DNA of 53,939 bases from a virus (IMGVR_UViG_3300027741_000088:1-53939); one strand, 5' to 3'; shown: positions 23,891 to 34,971, numbered from the stretch's first letter. Notes: generated by a model from the sequence alone, not told the origin. A program made the numbers and translations.

Positions 23891-26536
23891 ATGCAAATTT
23901 ATAGTCTAGATTCATACAATTTAGTACCTTTATCTAGCAACTATTCTAGTGATAGTAATGTACAATTTCTTAAGAATACTCTGTATACAGAAAATAATAT
24001 ATTTGTAAATTTAGAAAAAATTTCACAAAATATTAACGATTTTAATATTAACAATTATTCTTCATTATCTCTAACTGACAGAAAAACGCTAAATAATGTA
24101 TTAGAATTAACACCATTAGCACCTCTGCAAGATGAAGGATTTTCATCTTATCTTGCAGCTAATGCTTTGTATAGCATAACAGACAGAACAAGATTTTGGG
24201 TTGTTGAAGAACCAGACATCTCTTTTAATACAGCTTCAGTTAAAGTATCCGGTACATCAACTAAAATGAATAATACGTATTATTTTGAAATTATTTTTCT
24301 AGATAGCAATACTTGTAAGATAGCTCATGAAAACGATGGTATCAAAAGATATTTAACTACAGACATAACCAACTCACTTGTTTTTTCCAAAGATGCTTCA
24401 CTGGACAATTTAGGAGAGTACAGCCCACAAATCTTTTTGTATACGTATGACAGGCCAAATGATTTAATTGTATTCTATAAAAATTTATCTGATATTATTT
24501 ACTACGTAGGGTATGATAGCGCCATGCAGGAGCTTACTCTCATTTCTACTATAACTGGAACTAATTTAAATTTTACCAATCAAACTGTTTTTCGCTGTCA
24601 AAAAAGAACAGATGATTCAAATATCACACCGTTAGTAGATCCATGGGTTTCATATGAAAAAAATTCTAACAATACAATTCCCATATACAAAAATCTTAGC
24701 TATAAAAATGTTGAGTCTAATATGCTTCTTAACTCTCAATATTATACAATCTCTGGAGACACATTAGATACAAACATACTTTCATTAAAAAATACTAATA
24801 CCCCTGAAAATTATCAATCTAGAGCAAATCCATTCTTTCAAGAACCTGAAGTGCTCATGAGAGATTACAAAAAATTATTTACTGGATCCAATCAAGAATT
24901 AGGCAATGATAATATAACTTTAGGCTATGAAGCATACACAGTAAACGTGCTACTCAAAAAAGATAAAGTTACATATTTTCATGTGCCGCAAAATTTCTTT
25001 CCTCTTAAAACACTCAATTTAAATGATTCTGCTTTAGCAGAAGCAGGTGCCATAGCTGGTGACCATCCAATTAAAAGCGATAAGATATTTAAAAAGAAAG
25101 CCAATTATAAATTCACCAGCCCTTTCGGCAATACAAAAATTGAAAATACAGGTAGTTTTTTGTGCTCTTGGTTATCAGGAAACTCTAATGCATACTCACG
25201 ACCTGTTTGGATGGATAGATATTATTTTCCTTCTAAAATTTCTTTTCTTGGTGCATTAACTGCAACAGATTTTAATGCAATAGAATACAAATCAAATTAT
25301 GAATGTTTGCAAAGTATATTTCCTTCACAAATACAAGTAGTTGATATTATCTCAAATTCTATATTTGAACCTGGCACATATTATGCCTATCAACATTTAG
25401 GTCCAAATTTTAGTAAAAAATATATAGAATCTAAACAAGACAGATTAATTCAGTTTGGCATAAAAACCAATAACATCTTACAAAAAGAACCACTCACTGC
25501 AGGTAATTTTACTAACAGTAGATTCATTAGTGGTGATGTATTTATACAGCCAGCTACACCCACACCCACTCCCACACCTACTGTAACAGTCACACCCACA
25601 CCTACCATTACACCCACACCTCCTGCACCAACTGTTACACCAACTAGAACACCCACACCCACACCTACTCCAACTGGAGCACCTACCTTTACGCCCACAC
25701 CTACACCTACTATTACACGAACACCCACACCTACACCTACCATTACACGAACACCCACACCTACACCAACACCTACTCAAGTGCCTGAATTTGTGTATGC
25801 AGGGTTACCAGCTACATTAAGTTATAATCTCAATCTGGCTGTGGAGTACAAGAATTTTACAGGCAATGTTATAGGATCTGCACCTAGAAATGTTACATTT
25901 ACACTACTAGGTAGTGCAGGCAGTTTGATTACTACAACAGCAGCTATTGACACAGGCAATGCTTGGCCAGCTGGCTCTACAATTACATTAACTGTGCCAT
26001 CCAATAGTGTTGTGCATGGTGCTGGTGGAAGAGGGGCTTATGCCACATCACCTACAAATATAATCATTGAAACCGGTGGTGATGCTATTACTATAACCAA
26101 CACTGCCAATATAACTTTTAATATCATTAATAATGGCATCATAGGTGGTGGAGGCGGAGGAGGTGGTATAGGCAGATATGATAGCAGCGACAGTGTAAGT
26201 TCACAAGCTTGGATGGGCGGCGGTGGTGGTGCAGGAGATGGCCCAGGAGCTGGTGGTACAGGATATGCAACAGGTTATGCTGGTAGTCTTGCACGTTCTG
26301 GTAATCCAGGAAGCAGTACAGCAGGTGGAGCAGGTGGTTCTTGGTATAATATATATGGTGCTGGTGCAAATGGAGGTGCTGGAGGCGGATTGGGTCAAAA
26401 TGGCTTAACTGGCAGAGGTAATAATTCCTCTGGAACAGGAGATGGCGTTGGCGGTGCTGCTGGTAAAGCAGTTAATAAGAATGGCAAAACAGTCACAGTT
26501 ACTGGTACTGGTACAGTGTTAGGAGCTGTATCATAA
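23891..26536 (+). CDS. Virion protein with Pro-Thr linker and C-terminal Gly-rich gp38-adhesin-like domain
   Basis: PT tract followed by HGAGGRG...GGDAI...[14 protein letters not shown], the pattern of T2/T6/S16 gp38 glycine-rich motifs. Confidence 0.7.
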   Translation: MQIYSLDSYNLVPLSSNYSSDSNVQFLKNTLYTENNIFVNLEKISQNINDFNINNYSSLSLTDRKTLNNVLELTPLAPLQDEGFSSYLAANALYSITDRTRFWVVEEPDISFNTASVKVSGTSTKMNNTYYFEIIFLDSNTCKIAHENDGIKRYLTTDITNSLVFSKDASLDNLGEYSPQIFLYTYDRPNDLIVFYKNLSDIIYYVGYDSAMQELTLISTITGTNLNFTNQTVFRCQKRTDDSNITPLVDPWVSYEKNSNNTIPIYKNLSYKNVESNMLLNSQYYTISGDTLDTNILSLKNTNTPENYQSRANPFFQEPEVLMRDYKKLFTGSNQELGNDNITLGYEAYTVNVLLKKDKVTYFHVPQNFFPLKTLNLNDSALAEAGAIAGDHPIKSDKIFKKKANYKFTSPFGNTKIENTGSFLCSWLSGNSNAYSRPVWMDRYYFPSKISFLGALTATDFNAIEYKSNYECLQSIFPSQIQVVDIISNSIFEPGTYYAYQHLGPNFSKKYIESKQDRLIQFGIKTNNILQKEPLTAGNFTNSRFISGDVFIQPATPTPTPTPTVTVTPTPTITPTPPAPTVTPTRTPTPTPTPTGAPTFTPTPTPTITRTPTPTPTITRTPTPTPTPTQVPEFVYAGLPATLSYNLNLAVEYKNFTGNVIGSAPRNVTFTLLGSAGSLITTTAAIDTGNAWPAGSTITLTVPSNSVVHGAGGRGAYATSPTNIIIETGGDAITITNTANITFNIINNGIIGGGGGGGGIGRYDSSDSVSSQAWMGGGGGAGDGPGAGGTGYATGYAGSLARSGNPGSSTAGGAGGSWYNIYGAGANGGAGGGLGQNGLTGRGNNSSGTGDGVGGAAGKAVNKNGKTVTVTGTGTVLGAVS
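25550..25777 (+). repeat. Coding Pro-Thr linker
   Basis: [17 protein letters not shown]... in the translation. Confidence 0.95.
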
Positions 26537-26560
26537 CAAAATCTTACAGTAAATAATATT

Positions 26561-28315
26561 ATGGCAAAGTTTTTTGTAAATGAAGAGATTGCATTTGATA
26601 GTTATACATACTGTGTAACTGAAAATCTTTCTTCTATTAATAGCAGCAATCAATTTACCATTATTTTCGATTTGCATAGCGCTGATTGGACCAAACCATT
26701 TGGATATCAATTATTAGGCAACTACACCACAGATGGTTTTGGCATTTTCAATACAAATAAAGTAACACCTACACTTTTTATTAACAGCAACAGTGCAATT
26801 GAAATAACAAATCTCAATTTTGAACATTTGGATACACTGGAGATATCTTCATCTGCAAATGCTATTATAAGAATAGATGACCTTAGTTATTTTTATATCA
26901 TAAATTCATCTGGATATTTTGAAAAATATAACAACAATAATGCTCTTTTATTTAAAATTTATAATGTTGGTTTATCTTTAATATATGATTATGATTATGA
27001 TGATGCGTTTTGCTATGTGTTGTGCTATAATCCCATCTTAGCACAAACACAACTGTTGAAAATATCTCTTGATACGGGTAATATACAAGAAATTCAACCT
27101 GATTTCCCAGGATATAAATTCTATTATTATAATGTACCGTTAAATTCTTTTTATCAAGCAAAAACAGTTAATTACAAAAATAATAATTTTTATTTTACTG
27201 CAGGCGATAAAGCAGAAAGATACAGAGACACTATTTATTTCAGAACTGTGAGTGGCACAGGATATGGCATATACAGTTGGTATATTGCAAATGATCCTAA
27301 CAGCAGTGATGCTATATCTCTTGTGTTATCAGCTTATAATTCTTTAGAAGACTATGATATTGATATTGATGGCAATCTCTGGGCATTGTATGATTACAAT
27401 AAATACGCAAGAATTGATAGCAATCGATTAGTTACTCTATCAGGCACATTACCACTGTCTTCATGCAAATCAACAAACATTGACTTTGGAATTAACTTAA
27501 ATGGCAATGAATTGCAACAGTTTGCCCTCATCTCAACTGTATCACAAGCAAATAAAAATATTACCTACAAGCTTGATAATGCTGGTAATATTATTTCTAC
27601 ATATTATGCAAAATTAAACGGTGCAAACAATACAAGCATTACTCAATCAAGTTTTTTAAGATATTATTATGATGATTTATTTTTAGGCAATAATTTAAAC
27701 TTAAGATTGAAATTAAAAAACTTCATTAATGAATATGATGCTGTAACATTGAATTTAAATTATTCACTATCTTCTTTAGCTCAAGGTTATCACAATTTTG
27801 CTATTCGATTTAATAGTGATGCTGGTACTTTTCATTTAATTGTTGATGGTAAAATAGCATTAGAAAAATATTTTACACCTAAAAAATACAAATTTTCAAA
27901 TTTATTTTATAGACCATTTCTCATAGGAACTGCAACACATACAAATAATATTCCATTATTTGCATATTTAAATGATGTTTCTTTTAATTGCAGGGGCATC
28001 AAATTAAAGAACTTCTATCTATATGATCAAGCATTAAATTATTTTGATATCTTATTTCATAACAAAATTTATCAAAAAGTTGAAGATATGGTTTTTGATT
28101 TGCCTTGTGGCAAGCGTAGTTATTTGGAAGAAATTGAAAGGTATTTTAAATTCAGAACACCAGGCAGCAAATCACCTGTAATAAATATTGTTTTAAAAAA
28201 TAGTGGTATAAATAATCAACAGTTAAAGAATGAAATTGAAAAGAGAATCTATACTTTGATAAAAAATTCAGCACCAGCTTATGTAAAAATTAACCAATTT
28301 AAGTGGAGCAATTAA
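26561..28315 (+). CDS. Virion structural protein (LamG-like strands flanking a propeller-like region)
   Basis: GYHNFAIRF...HLIVDG...FLIG...IKLKNFYLYDQAL LamG-like motif; late-promoter motif upstream. Confidence 0.6.
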   Translation: MAKFFVNEEIAFDSYTYCVTENLSSINSSNQFTIIFDLHSADWTKPFGYQLLGNYTTDGFGIFNTNKVTPTLFINSNSAIEITNLNFEHLDTLEISSSANAIIRIDDLSYFYIINSSGYFEKYNNNNALLFKIYNVGLSLIYDYDYDDAFCYVLCYNPILAQTQLLKISLDTGNIQEIQPDFPGYKFYYYNVPLNSFYQAKTVNYKNNNFYFTAGDKAERYRDTIYFRTVSGTGYGIYSWYIANDPNSSDAISLVLSAYNSLEDYDIDIDGNLWALYDYNKYARIDSNRLVTLSGTLPLSSCKSTNIDFGINLNGNELQQFALISTVSQANKNITYKLDNAGNIISTYYAKLNGANNTSITQSSFLRYYYDDLFLGNNLNLRLKLKNFINEYDAVTLNLNYSLSSLAQGYHNFAIRFNSDAGTFHLIVDGKIALEKYFTPKKYKFSNLFYRPFLIGTATHTNNIPLFAYLNDVSFNCRGIKLKNFYLYDQALNYFDILFHNKIYQKVEDMVFDLPCGKRSYLEEIERYFKFRTPGSKSPVINIVLKNSGINNQQLKNEIEKRIYTLIKNSAPAYVKINQFKWSN

Positions 28316-29784
28316 TGAATATCACGCAAGAAATTGATAATTATGGTCTTAACTATGATAGATACCCATCACAAATTTTATCTTTGCCCTATTCTTTAGA
28401 AGAAATAAAAATACAGCCAAACGATACAGTTAGTAATGATGTAATAAATCTTAAACTGCAGCATTTATATGAGAATTTTTTATATATTTATTCGAAAAGT
28501 AAAATTGCTTCAAATATAATACCTATTAGTTCAACTGCAACGCTAGGAATGAGTACTTATTTTACGTACTTGGCATGGAATTACAATCTATCCACTTCAG
28601 AATTTAAACCTGTTACTTGGAGCTTACCTGATAGCTTTAATAATTTAAAAACCATATATGCTCTTCGTTCACCTGATTTGTCTCAATATTCAATATTCGG
28701 TACTAATGGTGATACACTGTTTATTGTCAGGTCTACAGATACAGAAAGTGAAGTTCTTTCCACTTCTGTTATAACCCAGTTTAACACCCCTGCTTTAAAT
28801 AATGTTGCGTTTTCAAATATTGAAGCCATAACAGATGGTCCTGATCAGAGTATTTTAATCTTAGACAAAGGTAATAATGCACTCTATCAATATGAGGCAA
28901 GAGGGTTCACACAAAATAATAATGTATTTTTCAACAGGTTAATTTTTAGAAATTTACTTGGAGGGTATGGGTCAGCTGATGACAAGCTCTCTTTCAATGC
29001 ACCAACAGATGTAATCACTTACAATGAAGATATATTTGTTTTAGATACTGGTAATAGTTGCATTAAGAAGTATGATCAAAACTTAAACTGGATTAGTACA
29101 TTTAGATTGAACCTTGATTTTCTAAACAATTCACCAAAAAAGCTTAAAGTAGATTCTGCTGGTAATTTCTTTTGTTTACTTTCTGGTAATAGATTTAATA
29201 TTTATTCAAATAATTTTCAGCAAAAAACTGAAATTGTTGTAGATTATTTAAATAATACAGAATCCATAACAGATATTGTTTTTTCCAAAACAGATACAAA
29301 CATATATTACATAGTAACAGATCAAAACATATACAAAGGATTGGTAAATAACCCTGGTGATACTATTGGTAAGTATTTGTTCTATCTGTACAAATACAAT
29401 GATCAACAGAATATTAAAGCTTTTGCTTCCATAGGCATTGGCAGCAATGATAAAAACTTAATAGTTTCTAAAAACCCATCCACAAGTGCACAAATAATTG
29501 GTGCATTTTATGATAACATAAATCTGTATGATGTTTTAAGTATTCCAGATTTTGATATATACACAATGAATGAAATTTCTATAAAACTAGAGGAGTATGT
29601 GCAAAGCTGGGTAGTGAATAAATCACTAATTAAACTAATTACTAATCATCTTAGATTCATAGAACAAATTATAGGTAAGTTTCAATTTAAGTTTGATTCA
29701 AGAAGAAATTCTGTATTCCAGTTCACCCGCTATTTAACAGCTAAAGAACAACAGAAATTAACACAACAAGCGGAGATTTTATAA
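28303..29784 (+). CDS. NHL-repeat beta-propeller virion protein (start may be 28315)
   Basis: [11 protein letters not shown] and FNAPTDV...[18 protein letters not shown] repeats; ATG at 28315 overlaps the upstream stop (TAATG). Confidence 0.7.
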   Translation: MEQLMNITQEIDNYGLNYDRYPSQILSLPYSLEEIKIQPNDTVSNDVINLKLQHLYENFLYIYSKSKIASNIIPISSTATLGMSTYFTYLAWNYNLSTSEFKPVTWSLPDSFNNLKTIYALRSPDLSQYSIFGTNGDTLFIVRSTDTESEVLSTSVITQFNTPALNNVAFSNIEAITDGPDQSILILDKGNNALYQYEARGFTQNNNVFFNRLIFRNLLGGYGSADDKLSFNAPTDVITYNEDIFVLDTGNSCIKKYDQNLNWISTFRLNLDFLNNSPKKLKVDSAGNFFCLLSGNRFNIYSNNFQQKTEIVVDYLNNTESITDIVFSKTDTNIYYIVTDQNIYKGLVNNPGDTIGKYLFYLYKYNDQQNIKAFASIGIGSNDKNLIVSKNPSTSAQIIGAFYDNINLYDVLSIPDFDIYTMNEISIKLEEYVQSWVVNKSLIKLITNHLRFIEQIIGKFQFKFDSRRNSVFQFTRYLTAKEQQKLTQQAEIL

Positions 29785-31160
29785 TGAATCAAGAATTTGA
29801 TAATTACATTGGTCAAAATGAAGTTGTTACTGATTCTTCTATTAACAGATGCTTAGTAAACATATTTAATTTGCAACAAAATCTTATCAGTGCTCTTCAA
29901 GATGAATTGTCACCAGAAGCCCTCAATACACCTATAATTTTGAATATTCCTTGGACCCCCACACCCACACCCACTCCCACACCTACTGTAACACCCACAC
30001 CTACCATCACACCAACTGCTACACCTACTCCAACAATGACTCCGACAAATGCACCTACTTTCACCCCCACACCCACACCTACAAGCACTAATATACCCAC
30101 GCCTACACCCACACCCACACCCACTATTACTCGTACACCCACGCCTACACCTACCATTACACCAACAATTAATCCATATGAGACACTGACTGTCAGAATT
30201 TTTAATTTTGATACAGTCATAGAGTCTTCTATTAATCTTTTTGATTACATGTGTCAAAAGCTTGGCCGTTTGCCTTCCAGCTTTATCAGGCCTCTAGACG
30301 TAACATTTTACAATGCTACTCTAATTGGTTGCAAGAAAGGATATTATTATGCTATACGCACAGGCACTGGGTGGCCTGCTGGCAGCAAAATAACAATATT
30401 CAATCCAAAAGTTACAACTTCAACCAACGCACTGTATGGTTATGATGGTACTTACCCAACAAGTGCAAGACCTAATGTGACAGGCCCTGCAGGTGGTGTT
30501 ATCATGGGCAGAGGTGCAGATGGCATGTGTGGTCCATTGCACACACGTAGTTGTGTTGGTTGGTATCTATGGGCACAAGAATTTAATTGCAATTCTGCAG
30601 AGAGCATATATGGATTGTGTGGAAATGGTTGCAACGGTTCGCCAGGTGATGCAATTTGGATTGATGCAGGTCTCACTATGGTGACCATACAAAATGAAGG
30701 GGTGATTGCAGGTGGTGGAGCAGCTGGCCCATATTTTAATGTTTATAGAGATGGTGGTTCAGGTGGTAGTGCTGATGGCAGAGCAGGTGGTGGTGGATTG
30801 CCAGGTGGCCGTGGAACGTTGCTGTCTTACCCATATAATCGTGTATGTCAAAATACACAGCCTACAGATTGGTATGGAAGTTGGGGTGGTGCTACTGGGT
30901 ATCAACCTGGTTATAATTCTCCTATTAACCCAGCTGGTGGTGCTGGAAATTCAAGTGCTGCTGCGACTTCTCCATGGTGGAGTGCAGGAAATGCAGGAAA
31001 TCCTGCAAGTTATGCCTTAAAAACATTTGGCCACCCTTATACTTGGGAAACTGGTAGCAGTCCATTAGGCAACCCTTATTATCCACCAGTGGGCGGTGGT
31101 GTTGGTCGAAATGATCCATTTAGCCCCAGTGTGCTTCGCAATGGTCTCATAGGACCTTAA
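29784..31160 (+). CDS. Virion protein: short N-terminal anchor, Pro-Thr linker, Gly-rich gp38-adhesin-like domain
   Basis: PT tract; [31 protein letters not shown] motifs parallel those of 23891..26536. Confidence 0.7.
   Translation: MNQEFDNYIGQNEVVTDSSINRCLVNIFNLQQNLISALQDELSPEALNTPIILNIPWTPTPTPTPTPTVTPTPTITPTATPTPTMTPTNAPTFTPTPTPTSTNIPTPTPTPTPTITRTPTPTPTITPTINPYETLTVRIFNFDTVIESSINLFDYMCQKLGRLPSSFIRPLDVTFYNATLIGCKKGYYYAIRTGTGWPAGSKITIFNPKVTTSTNALYGYDGTYPTSARPNVTGPAGGVIMGRGADGMCGPLHTRSCVGWYLWAQEFNCNSAESIYGLCGNGCNGSPGDAIWIDAGLTMVTIQNEGVIAGGGAAGPYFNVYRDGGSGGSADGRAGGGGLPGGRGTLLSYPYNRVCQNTQPTDWYGSWGGATGYQPGYNSPINPAGGAGNSSAAATSPWWSAGNAGNPASYALKTFGHPYTWETGSSPLGNPYYPPVGGGVGRNDPFSPSVLRNGLIGP
29955..30167 (+). 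repeat. Coding Pro-Thr linker
   Basis: [19 protein letters not shown]... in the translation. Confidence 0.95.
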
Positions 31161-31201
31161 TTTTTTTATTGTAAATCTATAAGATTAAATAAATAATTAC
31201 A

Positions 31202-31675
31202 ATGGCTAGTGTTTCCATAGTTAAAATAAAGATAAGAAGAGGTACTGATTCTGAGAGACGTCGCATAGTACTTGATAACGGAGAGTTGGGGTATGTAACA
31301 GACCCAGGTGGCAGAAGGTTATTCATAGGCGATGGCTTGATACCCGGTGGTTACCCTGTTGGTTCCATATTATTTTACAATGTTGATCTTACAGTTGCAG
31401 ATTCATATAAATATGCTCAAGTTGGAGATATTATTTACGACACTGCTTCAACAAAATTATATACTGTTACAAATGTAGATTATAGCAATCCATCTCCTCT
31501 GTATACTTTTAAATTTATTGGACCTTCTGTAGACAACACTTCTGTGCAATACAATATAGCAGGTAATTTGACTGTTAATTTGAGTGGTGTTAACGGCAAT
31601 TCCTTGCCCATTACTAATCCAGGTGCAGGTTCAAAAAAATTATGGAATGATGGGGGCATAGTAAAGGTAGCATAA
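31202..31675 (+). CDS. Short tail-fibre-type protein with Mtd-N/hyaluronidase-N-like attachment domain
   Basis: KIKIRRGT...LDNGELGYVTD...RLFIGDG..GG motif. Confidence 0.7.
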   Translation: MASVSIVKIKIRRGTDSERRRIVLDNGELGYVTDPGGRRLFIGDGLIPGGYPVGSILFYNVDLTVADSYKYAQVGDIIYDTASTKLYTVTNVDYSNPSPLYTFKFIGPSVDNTSVQYNIAGNLTVNLSGVNGNSLPITNPGAGSKKLWNDGGIVKVA

Positions 31676-31676
31676 T

Positions 31677-33539
31677 ATGGCATTTGAAATCACAAGTGAT
31701 ACAGTTGTTAAAATTTTAGTTCGCAGAGGACTAGAGGTTGAACGTCTTGATACACTTTTATCTGAAGGAGAGCTTGGTTTATCAGTGGATTCGCGCAGAC
31801 TCTTCATAGGTGATGGTTACACCTTGGGTGGTACACCAGTTGGTAATATCAATTTTGGTGTTGTTGGCAATGTGAATGATGTGCGGCCATATGCTCAACC
31901 TGGTGACATGGCATTTAGTCAAAATTTAAATTATGTGTTTTATAACAACAACTGGAACGTCACATCACCAGCACTCTACTCTGAACCTCAGATAGGATAC
32001 ACTCTAGAGTATTCACCTGCTCCTGGTAATGCTTTGAGATTTGCTCAAGGTGGCTTAGGTGACGGTCTACTAATTGATTATAGCATAGGCTCAACTGGTG
32101 ACAAAGATTACACAATTCAAAATGTGTATGGTCAATTAAATTTTGATGCTAGATTCTTATCTTTATGTGCTTTTAGATCAGTTTATGCACCCAGTGATGG
32201 CCCACGGGTTGGTAGTTTTTATTTTGGTAATATTTTTACTAGTACCATAAAAGACAACCTTTCAACCACAGTTAATATTGAAAAAAATCTTTCAATTAAT
32301 GATCATGTATCTGCTTATCAACTCAAACTAGATGCAAGAAACCCAGATTATAATAGCAGTTTGATTGGTGCTACTAGTGGCAATTTATTTATTACAAGCA
32401 AGGATTCTATTTATTTGGGCACTGGTACTAATAGTGGCAGTGGACTGGTTGTCAAAGGCAATAATGTTACAGTATTTGGCAATCTTTCAGTATTGGGTGA
32501 TATAGCTTATATTGATTCCATTGTCTCTGTGACCAGTGCATTGTCAGTAGTAAATGCTGGTACTGGACCAGCTCTTGTAGTTAATCAGAAAGGAACACAG
32601 CCTGTTGCTAATTTCCAAGATGATGGAACAACAGCGCTATTTATTGCAGATGGTGGCAATGTGGGCATTGGGACTGCTGGCCCCGCTGAAAAATTAACAG
32701 TAGTAGGTAACATCTCTTCCAATGGCACATTATTTACAACTTCTGTAACAAGCAGAGGCTTAGATCTTATTCATAGCCCTGCTAATGATGGAACTAATCC
32801 TATACTCAGATTTGGTGAATCCACACCAGGCAGTACCACATTGTCTGGTTTCTCTGGTGCATTTGCATCTTATGATGAAATCACCAATGTGTTTGGCATC
32901 AGCAGTGTATTTGCTCCTGCCATGGGAATACCTGCAATTGCAATTGATAGAAATAGTAATATTGGTATAGGTGTTACTGTTCCTGCAGAAAAGCTCACTG
33001 TTTCTGGCAATATTTCTTCCAATGGCACATTGTTCACACAATCTGTAACAAGCAGGGGCTTAGATCTTATTCATACCCCTGCTAATGATGGTTTCAATCC
33101 TATACTCAGATTTGGTGAATCAGATTATGGCACAAATAATAACGGTTTTTCTGGTGTATTCATGTCTTATGATGAATCTACCAATGTGTTTGGCATCAGC
33201 AGTGTATTTGCTCCTGCCATGGGATTGCCTGCTCTATCAATTGATAGGACTGGGTCTGTTACTCTATCTTCTATAACATTATCAGACAGTGCTAATATTA
33301 CTTTAAATACTGCAACTGGTACTAAGATTGGAACAGCAACTACACAGAAGCTTGGCTTCTACAATGCAACACCTGTAATACAACCTTCATCTGTAAATCA
33401 AGCTGCAGTTACAAATACACCGTCACCATCTGCAGGCGGGTTTGGATACACATCAGCTCAAGCAACAGCCATCATTACATTGGTTAATGAAATACGTACC
33501 ACACTTGTTAATCTTGGATTAATGAAGGGGTCAGCTTAA
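31677..33539 (+). CDS. Tail fibre protein A (Mtd-N-like domain, GNVGIGT repeats, duplicated ~100 aa module)
   Basis: KILVRRG...LSEGELG...RLFIGDG; GNVGIGTAGPAEKLTVVGNI repeats. Confidence 0.8.
   Translation: MAFEITSDTVVKILVRRGLEVERLDTLLSEGELGLSVDSRRLFIGDGYTLGGTPVGNINFGVVGNVNDVRPYAQPGDMAFSQNLNYVFYNNNWNVTSPALYSEPQIGYTLEYSPAPGNALRFAQGGLGDGLLIDYSIGSTGDKDYTIQNVYGQLNFDARFLSLCAFRSVYAPSDGPRVGSFYFGNIFTSTIKDNLSTTVNIEKNLSINDHVSAYQLKLDARNPDYNSSLIGATSGNLFITSKDSIYLGTGTNSGSGLVVKGNNVTVFGNLSVLGDIAYIDSIVSVTSALSVVNAGTGPALVVNQKGTQPVANFQDDGTTALFIADGGNVGIGTAGPAEKLTVVGNISSNGTLFTTSVTSRGLDLIHSPANDGTNPILRFGESTPGSTTLSGFSGAFASYDEITNVFGISSVFAPAMGIPAIAIDRNSNIGIGVTVPAEKLTVSGNISSNGTLFTQSVTSRGLDLIHTPANDGFNPILRFGESDYGTNNNGFSGVFMSYDESTNVFGISSVFAPAMGLPALSIDRTGSVTLSSITLSDSANITLNTATGTKIGTATTQKLGFYNATPVIQPSSVNQAAVTNTPSPSAGGFGYTSAQATAIITLVNEIRTTLVNLGLMKGSA
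32817..32938 (+). repeat. Perfect 122 bp inverted repeat, copy 1 (in fibre A)
   Basis: Base-by-base identical to the reverse complement of 43499..43620. Confidence 0.93.
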
Positions 33540-33579
33540 TAGTACTTGCAAGTTTATTTTATTATACTAATATAAACAC

Positions 33580-33780
33580 ATGTTCATCGACAAATACACA
33601 TTCCACGTCAGAGACAATACCACTAAGAAAACCTTTAAAATTACTTTGGATGAAGATACTCCACAAGATGCACACAAGAAGATCTACAACAGGCTCAACT
33701 ATTACCAGGATATTGTAAAAATTGAAGATTTTGAAAAAAATACAGTGTTTGATCCAGATCGTGGTTTCATAAATACTTAA
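33580..33780 (+). CDS. Hypothetical protein
   Basis: 66 aa; TTGCAA-16-TAATAT-6-ATG upstream. Confidence 0.65.
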   Translation: MFIDKYTFHVRDNTTKKTFKITLDEDTPQDAHKKIYNRLNYYQDIVKIEDFEKNTVFDPDRGFINT

Positions 33781-33960
33781 ATGATAAGTGACTTCTTTGA
33801 TGACAATAAACCATGTCCTCCAGAGATTCCTAATTGTGAAAAACTCAGACTGGAATACAAACAAGAAATATCAACCATTAATCCCCGTGCATGTTCACCT
33901 TGCATGATCAATGGCATAAAGTCAAAATATCTTAATATAATTACCAACAGCAACCGATGA
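33781..33960 (+). CDS. Small 4-Cys protein (not in ORF track), 59 aa MISDFFDDNKPCPPEIPNC...ACSPC...
   Basis: Own translation; TAAATA 5 nt upstream; ATGA overlap with next gene. Confidence 0.7.
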   Translation: MISDFFDDNKPCPPEIPNCEKLRLEYKQEISTINPRACSPCMINGIKSKYLNIITNSNR

Positions 33961-34277
33961 TTGCAGCATTAGCAGTATATTTAATTTCACAAGCTGCCAA
34001 CTTAGTTTGGTTTTCATCACCATTGAAACTTTCTTTGTACAGTCTGCTAACTAAAAAGACTACTTTTCGTCATGAAGATTTTGATCTGCTGCTTTTAACA
34101 ACTTCACCCTTGCTCAAAGTGTTTACTTGCCATTTTTGCTTCAGTTTTTGGACCAGCATAATTGTTTCAGCTTTTCTTTTTGATAATCTCACAGGTTTCA
34201 TAGTAAACACAAGCACCAGCATTGTGCTCATTTATCTGTATGAAAATGTAATAAATTTCTTAAAAGGAGTTGATTAA
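33957..34277 (+). CDS. Small membrane protein, DUF1360-like
   Basis: Hydrophobic helices; VFTCHFCFSFW motif. Confidence 0.55.
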   Translation: MIAALAVYLISQAANLVWFSSPLKLSLYSLLTKKTTFRHEDFDLLLLTTSPLLKVFTCHFCFSFWTSIIVSAFLFDNLTGFIVNTSTSIVLIYLYENVINFLKGVD

Positions 34278-34303
34278 ATAATTTTTTAATTTAATATATT
34301 GTT

Positions 34304-34477
34304 ATGCCAGATACAACAACTCAAGAATTACAAACAGAAATAACCATACAGGATTTAAAAATTCTAGCCAATTTGATTGAAGCAGCTTCTGCAAGAGGCG
34401 TTCTCAAAGGAGCCGATCTCACCGTTGTGGGTGGTGTGTACGACAAAATTATTACCGTGATTAATACTTCCAAATAA
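34304..34477 (+). CDS. Small phage protein (not in ORF track), 57 aa MPDTTTQELQTEITIQDLKILANLIEAASARGVLKGADLTVVGGVYDK...
   Basis: Own translation; TTGATT-16-TAATAT-6-ATG; TAATG coupling to next gene. Confidence 0.75.
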   Translation: MPDTTTQELQTEITIQDLKILANLIEAASARGVLKGADLTVVGGVYDKIITVINTSK

Positions 34478-34695
34478 TGAAAATTGAACTGGTTAATGTT
34501 CAAAACATGCAAACAGGAATGCATGTGAAAGTTTTGGCTGATAGCAAAGAAGTTGGAGTGCTATATTTGAGCAATGAAGAATTAGATGCTTTTTTGGACT
34601 TGATTCGCAAAGGTGTTGCAAAAAGTGACACAGAGTTTGTTAACAGCCTGCATACTGATGACGGGTTAGAAGATTTCGAAGATCAAGACGACTAA
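34477..34695 (+). CDS. Hypothetical acidic protein
   Basis: 72 aa, translationally coupled. Confidence 0.65.
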   Translation: MKIELVNVQNMQTGMHVKVLADSKEVGVLYLSNEELDAFLDLIRKGVAKSDTEFVNSLHTDDGLEDFEDQDD

Positions 34696-34723
34696 TACCC
34701 TCTCTTTTTCATTAAATATTATA

Positions 34724-34939
34724 ATGAAAGAGATTGACTTTATTCAATCTATATGTGAAGAGTTCACTGATATTGTCATCACTGACAAGAAGAAAAACTC
34801 TGTAATCTTTCACCTGCCTGGCAATTATTTTAAAGACCTTAATAAACGCTTGATTGACAAAGGTTTTGAGCTCACATTTAAAAAAGCCATCAGCAAAGGT
34901 CAGTATACTTGTTCCTACACACTCAAAAAAAACAAGTAG
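34724..34939 (+). CDS. Hypothetical protein
   Basis: 71 aa; TAAATA 5 nt before ATG. Confidence 0.65.
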   Translation: MKEIDFIQSICEEFTDIVITDKKKNSVIFHLPGNYFKDLNKRLIDKGFELTFKKAISKGQYTCSYTLKKNK

Positions 34940-34971
34940 AATCATTTTAAATTTCCTATATAATAGGATTA

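Noticed and set aside
29775-29790. Programmed frameshift joining 28303-29784 to 29784-31160
   Set aside because: Junction is an ordinary TAATG stop-start overlap, also seen at 11459, 28315, 34477 and 40160; no clear slippery site or stimulatory structure.
14944-30257. Minus-strand VGVG- and CRCG-repeat ORFs (14944-15303, 25450-25780, 29897-30257)
   Set aside because: Antisense shadows of the Pro-Thr coding repeats.
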